Shown here one piece after another: positions 47,600 to 58,000 of a stretch of 64,000 nucleotides of DNA. This DNA is from Chitinophaga pinensis (GTDB lineage: Bacteria > Bacteroidota > Bacteroidia > Chitinophagales > Chitinophagaceae). The DNA lies in the NCBI GenBank assembly GCA_943372225.1, contig CALRXV020000003.1, forward strand, positions 206,479 to 270,478. Direction: 5' to 3'. A model generated the notes under the pieces. It did no database searches, was not told the origin of the DNA, and was given only the letters and a program-made list of their open reading frames with translations. Within the stretch, counting starts at the first letter, position 1. Each line of letters opens with the position of its first letter. The position numbers and the translations under genes are program-made.

Positions 47600-47688
47600 G
47601 CTTTGTTGGCTGATTACCAAGGCTAATTGACCTATTCCTTTTGGTTGCTCGTGAAAAATTAAGGTTATTTGCATAAATAACTGCAACT

Positions 47689-48405
47689 ATGCTTCCTAAG
47701 TACAAACGCATTCTGCTAAAACTTTCAGGAGAAGCCTTGTTGGGCGACCAACGCAATGGCGATCCCTTTAACCCTAAAATCATTGAACAATACGCCATAG
47801 ACATTAAGTCTGTGACAGATTTAGGCGTTCAAGTGGCCATTGTAATTGGCGGTGGAAATATTTATCGCGGAATGAATGAAGCAGAAAGTGGTATTGAACG
47901 CGCCCATGGCGATTATATGGGTATGTTGGCCACCGTTATCAATGCTATGGCTATGCAGTCTATGCTTGAGCGATTTGGGGTCTACACCCGTTTACAATCT
48001 GCCATCCAAATGGATCAAGTGGCAGAACCTTATATCCGCCGCAAAGCCCTGCGTCACCTTGAAAAAGGTCGTGTGGTAATCTTTGGAGCAGGTACCGGTA
48101 ACCCTTATTTTACTACTGACACAGCAGGATCACTCCGCGCAGTAGAGATGAAGGCCGATGTAATTTTAAAAGGAACTAGAGTTAACGGAATTTATACTGC
48201 CGATCCTGAGAAAGACCCTACTGCCACCAGATACGACAAAATCAGCTACGAAGAGTGTATTTCCAAGAACCTGAAAGTGATGGATATGACGGCATTTACG
48301 CTTTGTATGGAAAATAAGCTACCCATTATTGTATTTAATATGAATGAACCCGGTAACCTCTTAAAAGTGGTAGAAGGTTCTGATTTGGGTACTTTGGTGA
48401 GCTAA
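47689..48405 (+). CDS. pyrH: Uridylate kinase
   Basis: [55 protein letters not shown]. Confidence 0.98.
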   Translation: MLPKYKRILLKLSGEALLGDQRNGDPFNPKIIEQYAIDIKSVTDLGVQVAIVIGGGNIYRGMNEAESGIERAHGDYMGMLATVINAMAMQSMLERFGVYTRLQSAIQMDQVAEPYIRRKALRHLEKGRVVIFGAGTGNPYFTTDTAGSLRAVEMKADVILKGTRVNGIYTADPEKDPTATRYDKISYEECISKNLKVMDMTAFTLCMENKLPIIVFNMNEPGNLLKVVEGSDLGTLVS

Positions 48406-48461
48406 TCACCCGTTGCTGTAATTTATTTGAGACATTGTTTGGCCATTGGTAATTTCATAGC

Positions 48462-49763
48462 ATGAAGAAACTGTTTCTGTTCCTGTTTAGCATTATTGCC
48501 CTTCAGGGCTTTTCCCAACAAAGGCTTACACTAACAGACGCCATTAATCAGGCGTTGAAAAACAGCTATGATATTCAATTGGCCCAGAATAGCTTAGACA
48601 TTAGCATCATCAACAATAGTGCTGGGGTGGCTGGAGGGCTCCCAACCGTTACTGCTGCAGCCAATGATAATGAAACCATTACCAGCATCAACCAGAAATT
48701 CCCAGATCCCAGCCGGGATACCAAAAGGAATAATGTAGGTAGCAATAACCTTACTGCCAATGTAACGGGTAGTATCCTTTTATACAATGGTCTTAGGGTT
48801 CAATCTACACGTGAACGACTTAACCAATTAGAAAAGCAAAACCAACAATTACTGGCTTCTCAGGTGCAAAATACCATTGCGGCAGTGATGGCCAAATACT
48901 ATGATGTGGTTAGGCAGCAATATTTCTTACAGGCTTTAGACCGCACTATTGAAGTTTCTAAACAGAAACTAACCATTTTAGAAGTTAGAAAGGAAGTGGG
49001 TGTGGCCAATAATGCCGATATATTTCAAGCGCAATTAGATTTAAATGCCAATTTACAGGCCAAGCAAACCCAGTTCTTAGCAATTGATCTAGCTAAGACA
49101 GACCTGCTGAATTTGATTTTCTTAAAACCTGCAGACCAGCAAATTCTCATTAAGGATACCATTATTATAGATAAAAGCCTTCGTTTAGATAGTGTTCGTT
49201 CACATTTGAGTGAGAACCCCTTGGTGGTTGCACAGCAACAACAAATTCATATTAATGAACTTTTGCAAAAAGAAGCCAAAGCTGCTAGTTACCCCACGTT
49301 AAGAGCTACTACAGGTTTCAACCTATCTAGCCAAAGCAGTGCGGCTGGGTTTATCTTATTGAACCAAAGTTATGGTCCCTTTATTGGTTTGAACTTGCAG
49401 ATCCCTATTTACAATGGATCCATTGTAAAAAAACAACAACAGGTAGCTGGAATTAATACAAGGAGCGCTAAGACCATTTACGACAACCTTTTATTGGACT
49501 ATGAAACAGGGGCCGTTAAAACCTATCAGGCCTATACCAATACCTTGGAACAGTTGAAAACGGAAAGGGAGAATTTTAAACTCTCTCAACAATTATTAGA
49601 CCTGATTACCCAAAAATTTGAATTGGGTAATGCCACTATTATAGATGTGAAGCAAGCGCAACAGAGTTTTGAAAATACCAGTTATCGCTTAATCAATTTG
49701 AGTTATACGGCTAAACTGGCCGAGATTGAGTTAAAGCGACTATCTAGTAAGCTCAGTTTTTAA
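48462..49763 (+). CDS. TolC family outer-membrane efflux protein
   Basis: Signal peptide; LTLTDAINQALKNS, YPTL, KFELGNATIIDVKQAQ repeats. Confidence 0.9.
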   Translation: MKKLFLFLFSIIALQGFSQQRLTLTDAINQALKNSYDIQLAQNSLDISIINNSAGVAGGLPTVTAAANDNETITSINQKFPDPSRDTKRNNVGSNNLTANVTGSILLYNGLRVQSTRERLNQLEKQNQQLLASQVQNTIAAVMAKYYDVVRQQYFLQALDRTIEVSKQKLTILEVRKEVGVANNADIFQAQLDLNANLQAKQTQFLAIDLAKTDLLNLIFLKPADQQILIKDTIIIDKSLRLDSVRSHLSENPLVVAQQQQIHINELLQKEAKAASYPTLRATTGFNLSSQSSAAGFILLNQSYGPFIGLNLQIPIYNGSIVKKQQQVAGINTRSAKTIYDNLLLDYETGAVKTYQAYTNTLEQLKTERENFKLSQQLLDLITQKFELGNATIIDVKQAQQSFENTSYRLINLSYTAKLAEIELKRLSSKLSF

Positions 49764-49869
49764 ATCCCCCTTAAATTATTGGATTGTGCACCAGATTTGA
49801 ATATGGGCATTCTTTTTGATGCTAATATTGTCTGCTGCATTGTGGCAGAATAATCTGAATAGTAGCATC

Positions 49870-52251
49870 ATGAAATATAAAATCCTATTCCTACAAGCTT
49901 TCTTGTTCCTGTCTTTAATGGGTAAAGCCCAGTCAATTAGCCCCGATAGTTTGTTAACTAGGTGGACAGCCCAGCAACCCATAGAAAAAGTATATGTTCA
50001 TTTTGACAACAAACGATATGCTCCTGGTCAAACCATTTGGTTTAAAGCTTATTTGACTTCTTTGCAATTACCTTCTAATCTTTCTAAGAATTTTTACCTT
50101 GACCTTCATGATGCCAATGGCAAATTAGCGGCGCATATTTCTGCACCCATAGTGAGTGGTGTGGCATTGGGTAATTGGGTAGTACCGGAGAAATTTCAAG
50201 GAGAAACGGTAACTGCAATTGGCTATACCAATTGGATGCGCAATTTTGATTCCGCCTTTTATTTTAAGAGAACCCTGACCATACTTTCTAATTTGGCCAC
50301 ACCCCAAAATCCCGCTACAGTTCTTCCAGAAACTACGGTTCAATTTTTGCCAGAAGGTGGTAATGCCATTATTGGAATCCCTTGTAATATGGCTTTTAAA
50401 GCCGTGAACCAAAATGGCCTACCTGAAAATATCAGCGGAGTCATTAATAATAAAGCGGGTGAAGAAGTTACCAATTTTACTACCACACACAATGGTATGG
50501 GAACTTTTCAATACCTGCCGCAAACAGGAGAAGCCTATACTGCTGTTTGGAAGGATCAGTTAGGTAATAGTCATCAAATGGTTTTGCCAGCAGCTGAACC
50601 TGTTGGTGTAAACCTAATTTTACACCCAGGTAGTTTAGAAAGGAATTTTGAAATCAATCGATCAGCAGAAGTACCAGAAGCCTGGAAAAAAATGACCATC
50701 TTGGCTCAGGCAAATGGAGAAGTCCTATTTAAAGCAGTAGCAAATTTGACTTCAAAAACAGCTATCCGTAGTAAGATTCCTGTTATGCAATTTCCATCGG
50801 GCGTAGCACAACTAACCCTTTTTGATGCCAATAACCAACCTGTATGCGAAAGGTTGTTTTTTGTAAACAATGAAGAATACCATTTAGGTGCATCTATTAA
50901 AACGGATACCTTGAATTTGGAAAAAAGGGGGAAGAATGTTTTTGAAATAACAGTAGAGGATAGCACATTGGCCAATCTTTCATTGGCTATTACTGATGGA
51001 AATGTAAATGGGGAAAACGAAGATAATATTCTTTCTTCCTTGCTACTCACCAGTGATATCAAGGGATACGTTCACAACCCTGCCTATTATTTTACCAGTG
51101 ATGAAGACAGCTTGGCAAAGCAATTAGACCTTGTTATGCTGACCAATGGTTGGAGAAGGTATAGTTGGAAAAACGTGATGGCTGAAAAATTGCCCAAACT
51201 CAAGTACCTAGCCGACACCGCTTACCTGTCTTTGTATGGAAAAATTGAAGGGCTCTCTGAAAGCAAGATCAAGAAAGCAGAATTAATCAACATGATTTTG
51301 CAATCAAAAGATTCTTCTAAGTCCATGATCTTTTTACCCATTGAACATGATGGAACTTTTTCTCAACCCAATATCATTTTATACGATACTACTAAAATCT
51401 TTTACAAGCTCAATGCTGCAACACTTTGGGCCAAGAACAAAGTGAATATTTGGAACAATCTATATACGCCTGATAAAAACAGGATGATCACCAATACCCA
51501 TTTTAATATTGATACTGCTGGTAATGGTTTGTTGAAATTTATAGCGGCAGAAGCAAAACGATTAGAACAATTGAAACTAGAGACCACTTTAAAAGAAGTG
51601 GTGGTGAAGTCAAAAGTAAAATCGCCCATGCAAGAGTTGGATCAAAAATATGCGTCAGGATTATTTTCTAGTGATGGGATTCAATTTGACTTAACTCAGT
51701 CTAATGAAGGCGGCAACACCGTCTTAGGTTATTTACAAAGTAGGGTGGCTGGTTTGCTTATTAACAATCCAAATTCACCAGATGCTACTGCTTCTTGGCG
51801 TGGATCTAGAACGGATTTTTTCTTGAATGAATTTCAGTCTGATGCACAGCAAATTTTTAATATCAATATGAATGACGTGGCCTATATTAAAGTGTTCAGA
51901 CCTCCCTTCTTTGGAAGTTTTGGTGGTGGTGCTGGTGGCGCCATTGCTATTTATACCAAGAAAGGAATTGACGCAACCCGTTCTGTTAAGGGTTTGGATT
52001 TTCTAGAATGGATGGGTTATTCTCCTAGAAAGGAATTCTATTCTCCCAATTATGCAGAGCAACAAGCAGGCTTTAATACGGCCGATTTGCGCAACACATT
52101 ATTATGGATGCCTTGGATCAATACCAATAGCAATAACCAAACCTTTAAAGTACATTTCTACAACAATGACTTTAGTAAAACCTTTCACTTGATTTTAGAA
52201 GGAATGGATAGTGAAGGTAAGTTGATACATATTAGTAAATTGTTACAGTAA
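49870..52251 (+). CDS. Exported macroglobulin-MG2-like / TonB-plug-like domain protein lacking a beta-barrel
   Basis: EKVYVHFDNKRYAPGQTIWFKAY (MG-domain-like), QFLPEGG, LDLVMLTNGWRRY, plug-like VAYIKVFR...GGAGGAIAIYTKKG, DLRNTLLWMP; start revised to ATG 49870. Confidence 0.8.
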   Translation: MKYKILFLQAFLFLSLMGKAQSISPDSLLTRWTAQQPIEKVYVHFDNKRYAPGQTIWFKAYLTSLQLPSNLSKNFYLDLHDANGKLAAHISAPIVSGVALGNWVVPEKFQGETVTAIGYTNWMRNFDSAFYFKRTLTILSNLATPQNPATVLPETTVQFLPEGGNAIIGIPCNMAFKAVNQNGLPENISGVINNKAGEEVTNFTTTHNGMGTFQYLPQTGEAYTAVWKDQLGNSHQMVLPAAEPVGVNLILHPGSLERNFEINRSAEVPEAWKKMTILAQANGEVLFKAVANLTSKTAIRSKIPVMQFPSGVAQLTLFDANNQPVCERLFFVNNEEYHLGASIKTDTLNLEKRGKNVFEITVEDSTLANLSLAITDGNVNGENEDNILSSLLLTSDIKGYVHNPAYYFTSDEDSLAKQLDLVMLTNGWRRYSWKNVMAEKLPKLKYLADTAYLSLYGKIEGLSESKIKKAELINMILQSKDSSKSMIFLPIEHDGTFSQPNIILYDTTKIFYKLNAATLWAKNKVNIWNNLYTPDKNRMITNTHFNIDTAGNGLLKFIAAEAKRLEQLKLETTLKEVVVKSKVKSPMQELDQKYASGLFSSDGIQFDLTQSNEGGNTVLGYLQSRVAGLLINNPNSPDATASWRGSRTDFFLNEFQSDAQQIFNINMNDVAYIKVFRPPFFGSFGGGAGGAIAIYTKKGIDATRSVKGLDFLEWMGYSPRKEFYSPNYAEQQAGFNTADLRNTLLWMPWINTNSNNQTFKVHFYNNDFSKTFHLILEGMDSEGKLIHISKLLQ

Positions 52252-52265
52252 GCAAACGCTATTAC

Positions 52266-53423
52266 ATGAATGATTTGATCAAGGCTTCTAAATTGCCCAA
52301 TGTAGGAACCACCATTTTTACAGTGATGAGTCAATTGGCCACGGAACATGGTGCGGTAAACCTTGGTCAGGGCTTCCCCGATTTCCCTATGGACAAGGCT
52401 TTAACTGGGTTGGTTGCCAAAGCTATGGAAGCAGATTGGAACCAGTATGCACCCATGCCAGGTTTGCCATTATTAAGACAGAAACTAGCGGAGAAAGTGC
52501 AACTCTTATATGGGACCAGCATTAATCCTGATACAGATTTGACCATTACACCTGGAGGCACTTATGCCATATATACGGCACTGACTTCGGTCTTGCAACC
52601 GGGTGATGAAGTGATTGTTTTTGAACCCGCTTACGATAGTTATATTCCCAATATAGAAACCAATGGAGCCATTCCGGTAAGGATTTCTCTTTCTTATCCT
52701 GATTATTCCATTCCTTGGGATGAAGTGAGGGGGAAGATTAACTGTCGCACCCGGATGATCATGATCAATACGCCACACAACCCTACGGGTGCGGTTTTGA
52801 ACGCTTCTGATCTCCAAGAATTGAGCAGTATTGTGGCAGATACCCAAATCCTGATTTTGAGCGATGAAGTCTATGAGCACTTGATTTATGATGGTTTGCA
52901 ACACGAAAGTATTTTGCGCTACCCGCATCTTTTGGAGAGAAGTTTTGTTTGTTTCTCCTTTGGTAAAACTTATCACTGTACGGGTTGGAAACTGGGCTAT
53001 TGTATTAGTGGTCCTGCACTCATGAAAGAATTTAGAAAAATTCACCAGTTCAATGTGTTTAGTTGTGATACACCTAAGCAATTGGGGATTGCACAATACA
53101 TGGAGAATCAACATGCTTATTTAAATCTGGGTGCACAGATGCAAGTAAAGCGAGACTATTTTAGAGAGCTGATGAAGGACACGCCCTTCAAATGCATTCC
53201 ATCGCATGGCAGTTATTTTGAGTGTTATAGTTATGGTCATTTTTCTCAAGTATCAGATAAAGACCTAGCCATACAACTGACCAAGGAATATGGTGTTGCC
53301 AGTATTCCGCTCTCAGCTTTTTACAAAGAAGCTACCGACAATAAAGTGCTTCGTTTTTGTTTTGCCAAGCAAGAAGCTACACTTGAAAAAGCAGTAGCCC
53401 AGCTCAAAAAATATCGCCCATAG
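52266..53423 (+). CDS. ybdL: Methionine aminotransferase (class I/II PLP-dependent, YbdL-like)
   Basis: SKLPNVGTTIFTVMSQLA, NLGQGFPDF, NTPHNPTG, SDEVYEH, SFGKTYHCTGWKLGY. Confidence 0.88.
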   Translation: MNDLIKASKLPNVGTTIFTVMSQLATEHGAVNLGQGFPDFPMDKALTGLVAKAMEADWNQYAPMPGLPLLRQKLAEKVQLLYGTSINPDTDLTITPGGTYAIYTALTSVLQPGDEVIVFEPAYDSYIPNIETNGAIPVRISLSYPDYSIPWDEVRGKINCRTRMIMINTPHNPTGAVLNASDLQELSSIVADTQILILSDEVYEHLIYDGLQHESILRYPHLLERSFVCFSFGKTYHCTGWKLGYCISGPALMKEFRKIHQFNVFSCDTPKQLGIAQYMENQHAYLNLGAQMQVKRDYFRELMKDTPFKCIPSHGSYFECYSYGHFSQVSDKDLAIQLTKEYGVASIPLSAFYKEATDNKVLRFCFAKQEATLEKAVAQLKKYRP

Positions 53424-53483
53424 GGTGTTCATAACTGCCTATTAAAAGGGCCTAGCACCTAACGATTGCTAAGCTTTTGAACC

Positions 53484-53984
53484 TTACTGGTGTTTTTTAT
53501 TCAGGTCCAATCCTTTGTAGAATCCAAGGTCTTCTGCTGTAATCAATTTGGTGAGTAAAGCAATTTGTCCTGTATGATAGGACAAGTGTTCTGTTACGTG
53601 CAGGATAATACCTATGCCGGTTAATTCATACACCTGTACAGATTTTACAAAGGCCAATTCCTGATCTGTTGCTGCCGCGATGCGATCAATACTCCTTTGC
53701 AGCACTTCATCAAAAAGCGCTTTTAATTCAGCTCTATTCTTCCCACCACGCGTGGAGAACTCTGCATCCCGGTTTCGATGGTCTGCAGCGCCCCCCAATG
53801 TGGTTAGAATATATTGTGTGATATTGCCGCATAAGTGCAATACCAAATTACCAACGCTATTCAGTGCAGGATTGGGTTGTTCCCAGATCCGCTCTTCAGG
53901 TACCAAATCAAGACAAGCCAATACCCGCTTTCTACTCTCTTCCATTCTATAAATGGCCTGTTCTTTAAATTCAGTTCCTAGCAT
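53484..53984 (-). CDS. DinB/DUF1572 family protein
   Basis: NSVGNLVLHLCGN, RNRDAEF, HLSYHTGQI metal-binding His motifs. Confidence 0.85.
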   Translation of the reverse strand: MLGTEFKEQAIYRMEESRKRVLACLDLVPEERIWEQPNPALNSVGNLVLHLCGNITQYILTTLGGAADHRNRDAEFSTRGGKNRAELKALFDEVLQRSIDRIAAATDQELAFVKSVQVYELTGIGIILHVTEHLSYHTGQIALLTKLITAEDLGFYKGLDLNKKHQ

Positions 53985-54030
53985 TGCTATGTTTTAATTT
54001 TTTATTTTTCTACTTCTCCTTCTATTTCTT

Positions 54031-54105
54031 CACTCCTCACTCCTCACTCCTCACTCCTCACTCCTCACTCTTCACTCTTCACTCTTCACTCTTCACTTCT
54101 CACTT
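54031..54105. repeat. Heptamer microsatellite: 5x CACTCCT, 4x CACTCTT, 1x CACTTCT, plus partial
   Basis: Read directly from the sequence between the AIM24 gene stop and the DinB gene start. Confidence 0.95.
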
Positions 54106-54108
54106 ATT

Positions 54109-54909
54109 TTACCTCCATCCATCTCCATCCAAGATATTACCCAATCCACCTAACACAGATCCTTCTTCTCTTCTAGAAGTAGTTCCATACTGTAAAATTC
54201 TACCAGCCAATCGGCTAATGGGTAAGCTCTGAATCCAAACCATGCCTGGTCCGCGTAAAGTTGCAAAGAAAACACCCTCACCACCAAACAACGTATTCTT
54301 GATGCCTCCTACAAATTGAATATCGTAGTCTACATCGGCTGTAAAGCCAACAATACAACCCGTATCAATTTTGATGAGCTCTCCTGGCTGCAGAATTTTT
54401 TCTTTTACAAAACCACTGGCGTGTAAGAAAGCCATACCATCGCCTTCTAATTTTTCCATGATAAATCCTTCTCCACCAAACAAACCTGTACCCAGTCTTT
54501 TTTGGAATTCAATACCAACACTAACTCCTTTGGCAGCACAGAGAAATGCATCTTTTTGACAGATGATTCTGTGACCCATATGTTGCAGGTTCACAGGAAT
54601 AATTTTTCCTGGATAAGGGCTAGCAAAGCTTACATGTCTTTTGCCAGAACCAATATTGGTAAAAGCTGTCATGAATAAACTTTCTCCAACCAAAACGCGT
54701 TTTCCAGCGTTCAATAATTTGCCAAATAAACCACCATTATTGCTTTGTTGACTTCCGTCTCCAAAAATGGTTTCCATAGCAATGCCATCGTCCATCATCA
54801 TAAAGGCACCTGGTTCTGCAATGGCTGTTTCATTGGGGTCTAATTCTACTTCTACGTATTGCATTTCTTCTCCAAAAATGCGATAGTCTATTTCGTGATT
54901 GTTCAACAT
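54109..54909 (-). CDS. TIGR00266 / AIM24 family protein
   Basis: HEIDYRIFGEEMQYVEVELDP, GESLFMT, CQKDAFLCAA, GLFGGEGF, GGEGVFFATLRGPG. Confidence 0.92.
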   Translation of the reverse strand: MLNNHEIDYRIFGEEMQYVEVELDPNETAIAEPGAFMMMDDGIAMETIFGDGSQQSNNGGLFGKLLNAGKRVLVGESLFMTAFTNIGSGKRHVSFASPYPGKIIPVNLQHMGHRIICQKDAFLCAAKGVSVGIEFQKRLGTGLFGGEGFIMEKLEGDGMAFLHASGFVKEKILQPGELIKIDTGCIVGFTADVDYDIQFVGGIKNTLFGGEGVFFATLRGPGMVWIQSLPISRLAGRILQYGTTSRREEGSVLGGLGNILDGDGWR

Positions 54910-54974
54910 ATTTTTCTTTTGTAAGCAAATTACTCAGCCCTATCAATCTAACAAATTCCTTTTTGATAATCGGC

Positions 54975-55005
54975 AAAAAAAAGCCGCCCCCATGCGGGAG
55001 CGGCT
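54975..55005 (-). terminator. Rho-independent terminator of the RND operon
   Basis: AGCCGC...GCGGCT stem followed by T8 on the minus strand. Confidence 0.8.
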
Positions 55006-55024
55006 GTTCAAACAAAAAACCAGG

Positions 55025-58000
55025 TTAGAACCAACTGCCTATGAACGATTCGTTCACGGTGTTAGCAGCTTTTAATTTTTGTGCGCGCTTGATGCGTTTT
55101 GCACGATGTTTTAATAAAGTAATCACCATCATTGGCAAGAAGATCAAGGTTAATGGTGGGATACCCAACATACTTACCCATCTACCGCCATACATATTGC
55201 GCATAGGGCGTCTTAGCCTTTCAGCAATCAAATACATACTTGGTACAATAACCAAGGTCATAAAGAATGCAAATGCCAAACCAAAGATGATGGTCCAAGA
55301 CAAAGGCTTCCAGAATACCACGTTGTCTCCTCCAAAGAAGATATGCGGATTCAATTCTGCAAACAAAGTGATAAAGTTGATATTGAATCCAATGGCAATA
55401 GGTAAGAATCCAAGTATGGCTGCTAAAGCGGTTAACAAAACTGGAATAATCCTAGTCTTACCAGCTTCAATTAAGGCTTCTCTGGTCTTCATACCGCGTG
55501 CACGGAGTTCATCTGTAAATTCAATTACCAAGATTCCGTTCTTCACCACAATACCTGCCAAGCCCACAATACCAATTCCCGTCATTACAACGGATACTCC
55601 CATACCTGTGATAGCAAAACCTAATAATACCCCAATGACACTGAACACAATTTCAGTTAGGATAATCACTGGTTTGCTAATAGAGTTAAACTGCAATACC
55701 AGGATAAAGAGAATCAGCATTAAGGCAATCAACAATGCTTTTCCAAGGAAGGCACCTGTTTCTGCTTGTTGCTCTCCTTCTCCAGTTTGCTTAATGCTTA
55801 CGCCGTCAGCTTTTTGCTTAAAGTTCTCAATATGATTTGCAATCACTTGGTTAACGGCTGTTGGCGTATAACCATTTAGTACGTTAGAACGCAATGAAAT
55901 CAAACGTTTTTGGTTTTTGCGTTTTACCATACCCAATGTGCTGGTTGGTTCAATATGTACCAAAGAACTGATAGGGATATTTTTAATAGCACCACCACTG
56001 GCAAAGTCACGGAAACTGATTTTCATATTCAACAATTCTACCAAGTTCTTACGTTGGAATTCATTGTTGCGTAATTGAATCTTGTATTCGTCTTTTCCTT
56101 CTTTGATCTTGCTCACTTCTTTACCAAATAAAGCTGTACGTAAAGCCATACCAATTTGTCCAGAAGATACACCTTCAATCAAAGCACGTTCTCTGTTTAC
56201 AGTTAAGGTTAATTCTGGAGTAGACAAATCCACATCCATTTTCAACTCTTCAACCCCAGGTACTTGAATGGAATCCAAGTAGTTTTTCAATCCAACCGCT
56301 GTTTTAATCAGGTTGTCAAATTCTTCACTAGAAACTTCAATATTTACTGGAGGTTCAGTAGGTGGACCATTTTGTTCTTGGTTCACACTAATTTCTGCAC
56401 CTGGTATTCCCTTCATCACTAGTCGAACACTGTCTAGTAAAGGAGCAGTTGCAGCTCCATGACGTTTTTCAAACTCCACAAAATTCACTTGAATCCTTCC
56501 TAGTTCTGAACGTGTACTCCTATCTCCACTAGTAGGATCACTAGCGCCAACAGCTACGTTACTAATCACACTTTCTACAATTGGATTGGTCTTACCATTT
56601 TCTGTACCCAATACTTTATTAACACGTCCTTCCAACACTTTGGTAATGGAATCAGTATACAATACATCGGTGCCTACCGGTAATTTTACATAAACAAAGA
56701 TCTGATTGGGGTCTCCTTTAGGGAAGAATTCCACTGGAACTTTGCGTGCTGCAAAGAAGAATACCGAGAAGAAGAACAAACCAATGGTTGCCAATAAAAG
56801 GTATACAGGTCTCCAACCATTCAATGCCCAACGCAACAAGGTCTCATAATGATTCATGATCCAAGGAAGTGCGTGGTTTTGGAAATAGTGAATGGCATCG
56901 TCCAATACATATTTATTCAAAATTACCAAGAGCATAAAGAAGATAAGCAAGTTACCCCAGAATGGTGCACCCAACAGATCTAACAAAACACCAAGAATAA
57001 TTGCTGCCCAAAAACCTTTCTTTTTAAAGATAGCAGACTTGGGTTCTTTTTCCTCTCCTTCTGGATGATTCATAAAGTCTACCGCAAATACTGGGTTCAT
57101 GATAAATGCAACTACCAAGGATGCTGCCAAAGTAAAGATGAGCATGGTTGGAAGATAGACCATGAACTTGCCAATAATACCCGGCCAGAATAGTAATGGG
57201 AAGAACGGTGCCAAAGTAGTTAGGGTACCAGCTAATACAGGAATAAACACTTCACCCGCAGCCATTCTTGCAGAAATAGTAGCAGAGAGTTTACCCTTAC
57301 CATCTACAAATATTCGGTGCGTATTTTCAATCACCACAATGGCGTCGTCCACAATAATCCCTAGCCCAAATAAGAGGGCAAAGAGTACAATAAAGTTTAG
57401 TGTTACGTGTCCGCCAACTATTACATCGGCCCCAGGCAGGAATACAAAAGCAACAAACATACTCAATGGAACAGAGAGTGCCACAAAGAAGGCATTCACT
57501 ACACCCATAAAGAACATCAAGATTACCAATACCAAAATAAACCCAATCACAATACTGTTTACCAAGTCAGTGAAAGAAGTACGGGTTTTGATACTCATGT
57601 CTCCGGTAATCACCGCTTTCAAGTCTTTGGGAAAACTGGTAGCTTTAATCTCGTCAACAATCTTTTTTACCCCATCGCTGGTTTCTATCAAGTTCTCACC
57701 ACTTCTTTTGATAATATTTAGGGTAACAACATTTTTACCATCCAAACGGGCAAAGCTTTCTTTCTGTTTAACGGTATCTTTAATTACAGCAATATCTTTT
57801 AAATAGATAGGAGCACCTGTTTGGTTACGTACAATGATTTTCTCAATATCATAAGCCGTTTTCAACTGGCCTTTTAATTGCAGGTTTCTTTTCATAGAAC
57901 CAACTTCTAATAGACCACCAGAAATGTCAACGTTTTCACGTTGAATGGCATTGCTGATATCATCAAAAGTTACTCCAGCACTTTGCATGCGGTAGTTGTC

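Noticed and set aside
52506-53114. 202-aa minus-strand ORF
   Set aside because: Antisense shadow of the aminotransferase gene, with no domain features.
55041-55835. 264-aa plus-strand ORF
   Set aside because: Entirely antisense to the RND permease; a typical shadow ORF from codon bias in membrane-protein genes.
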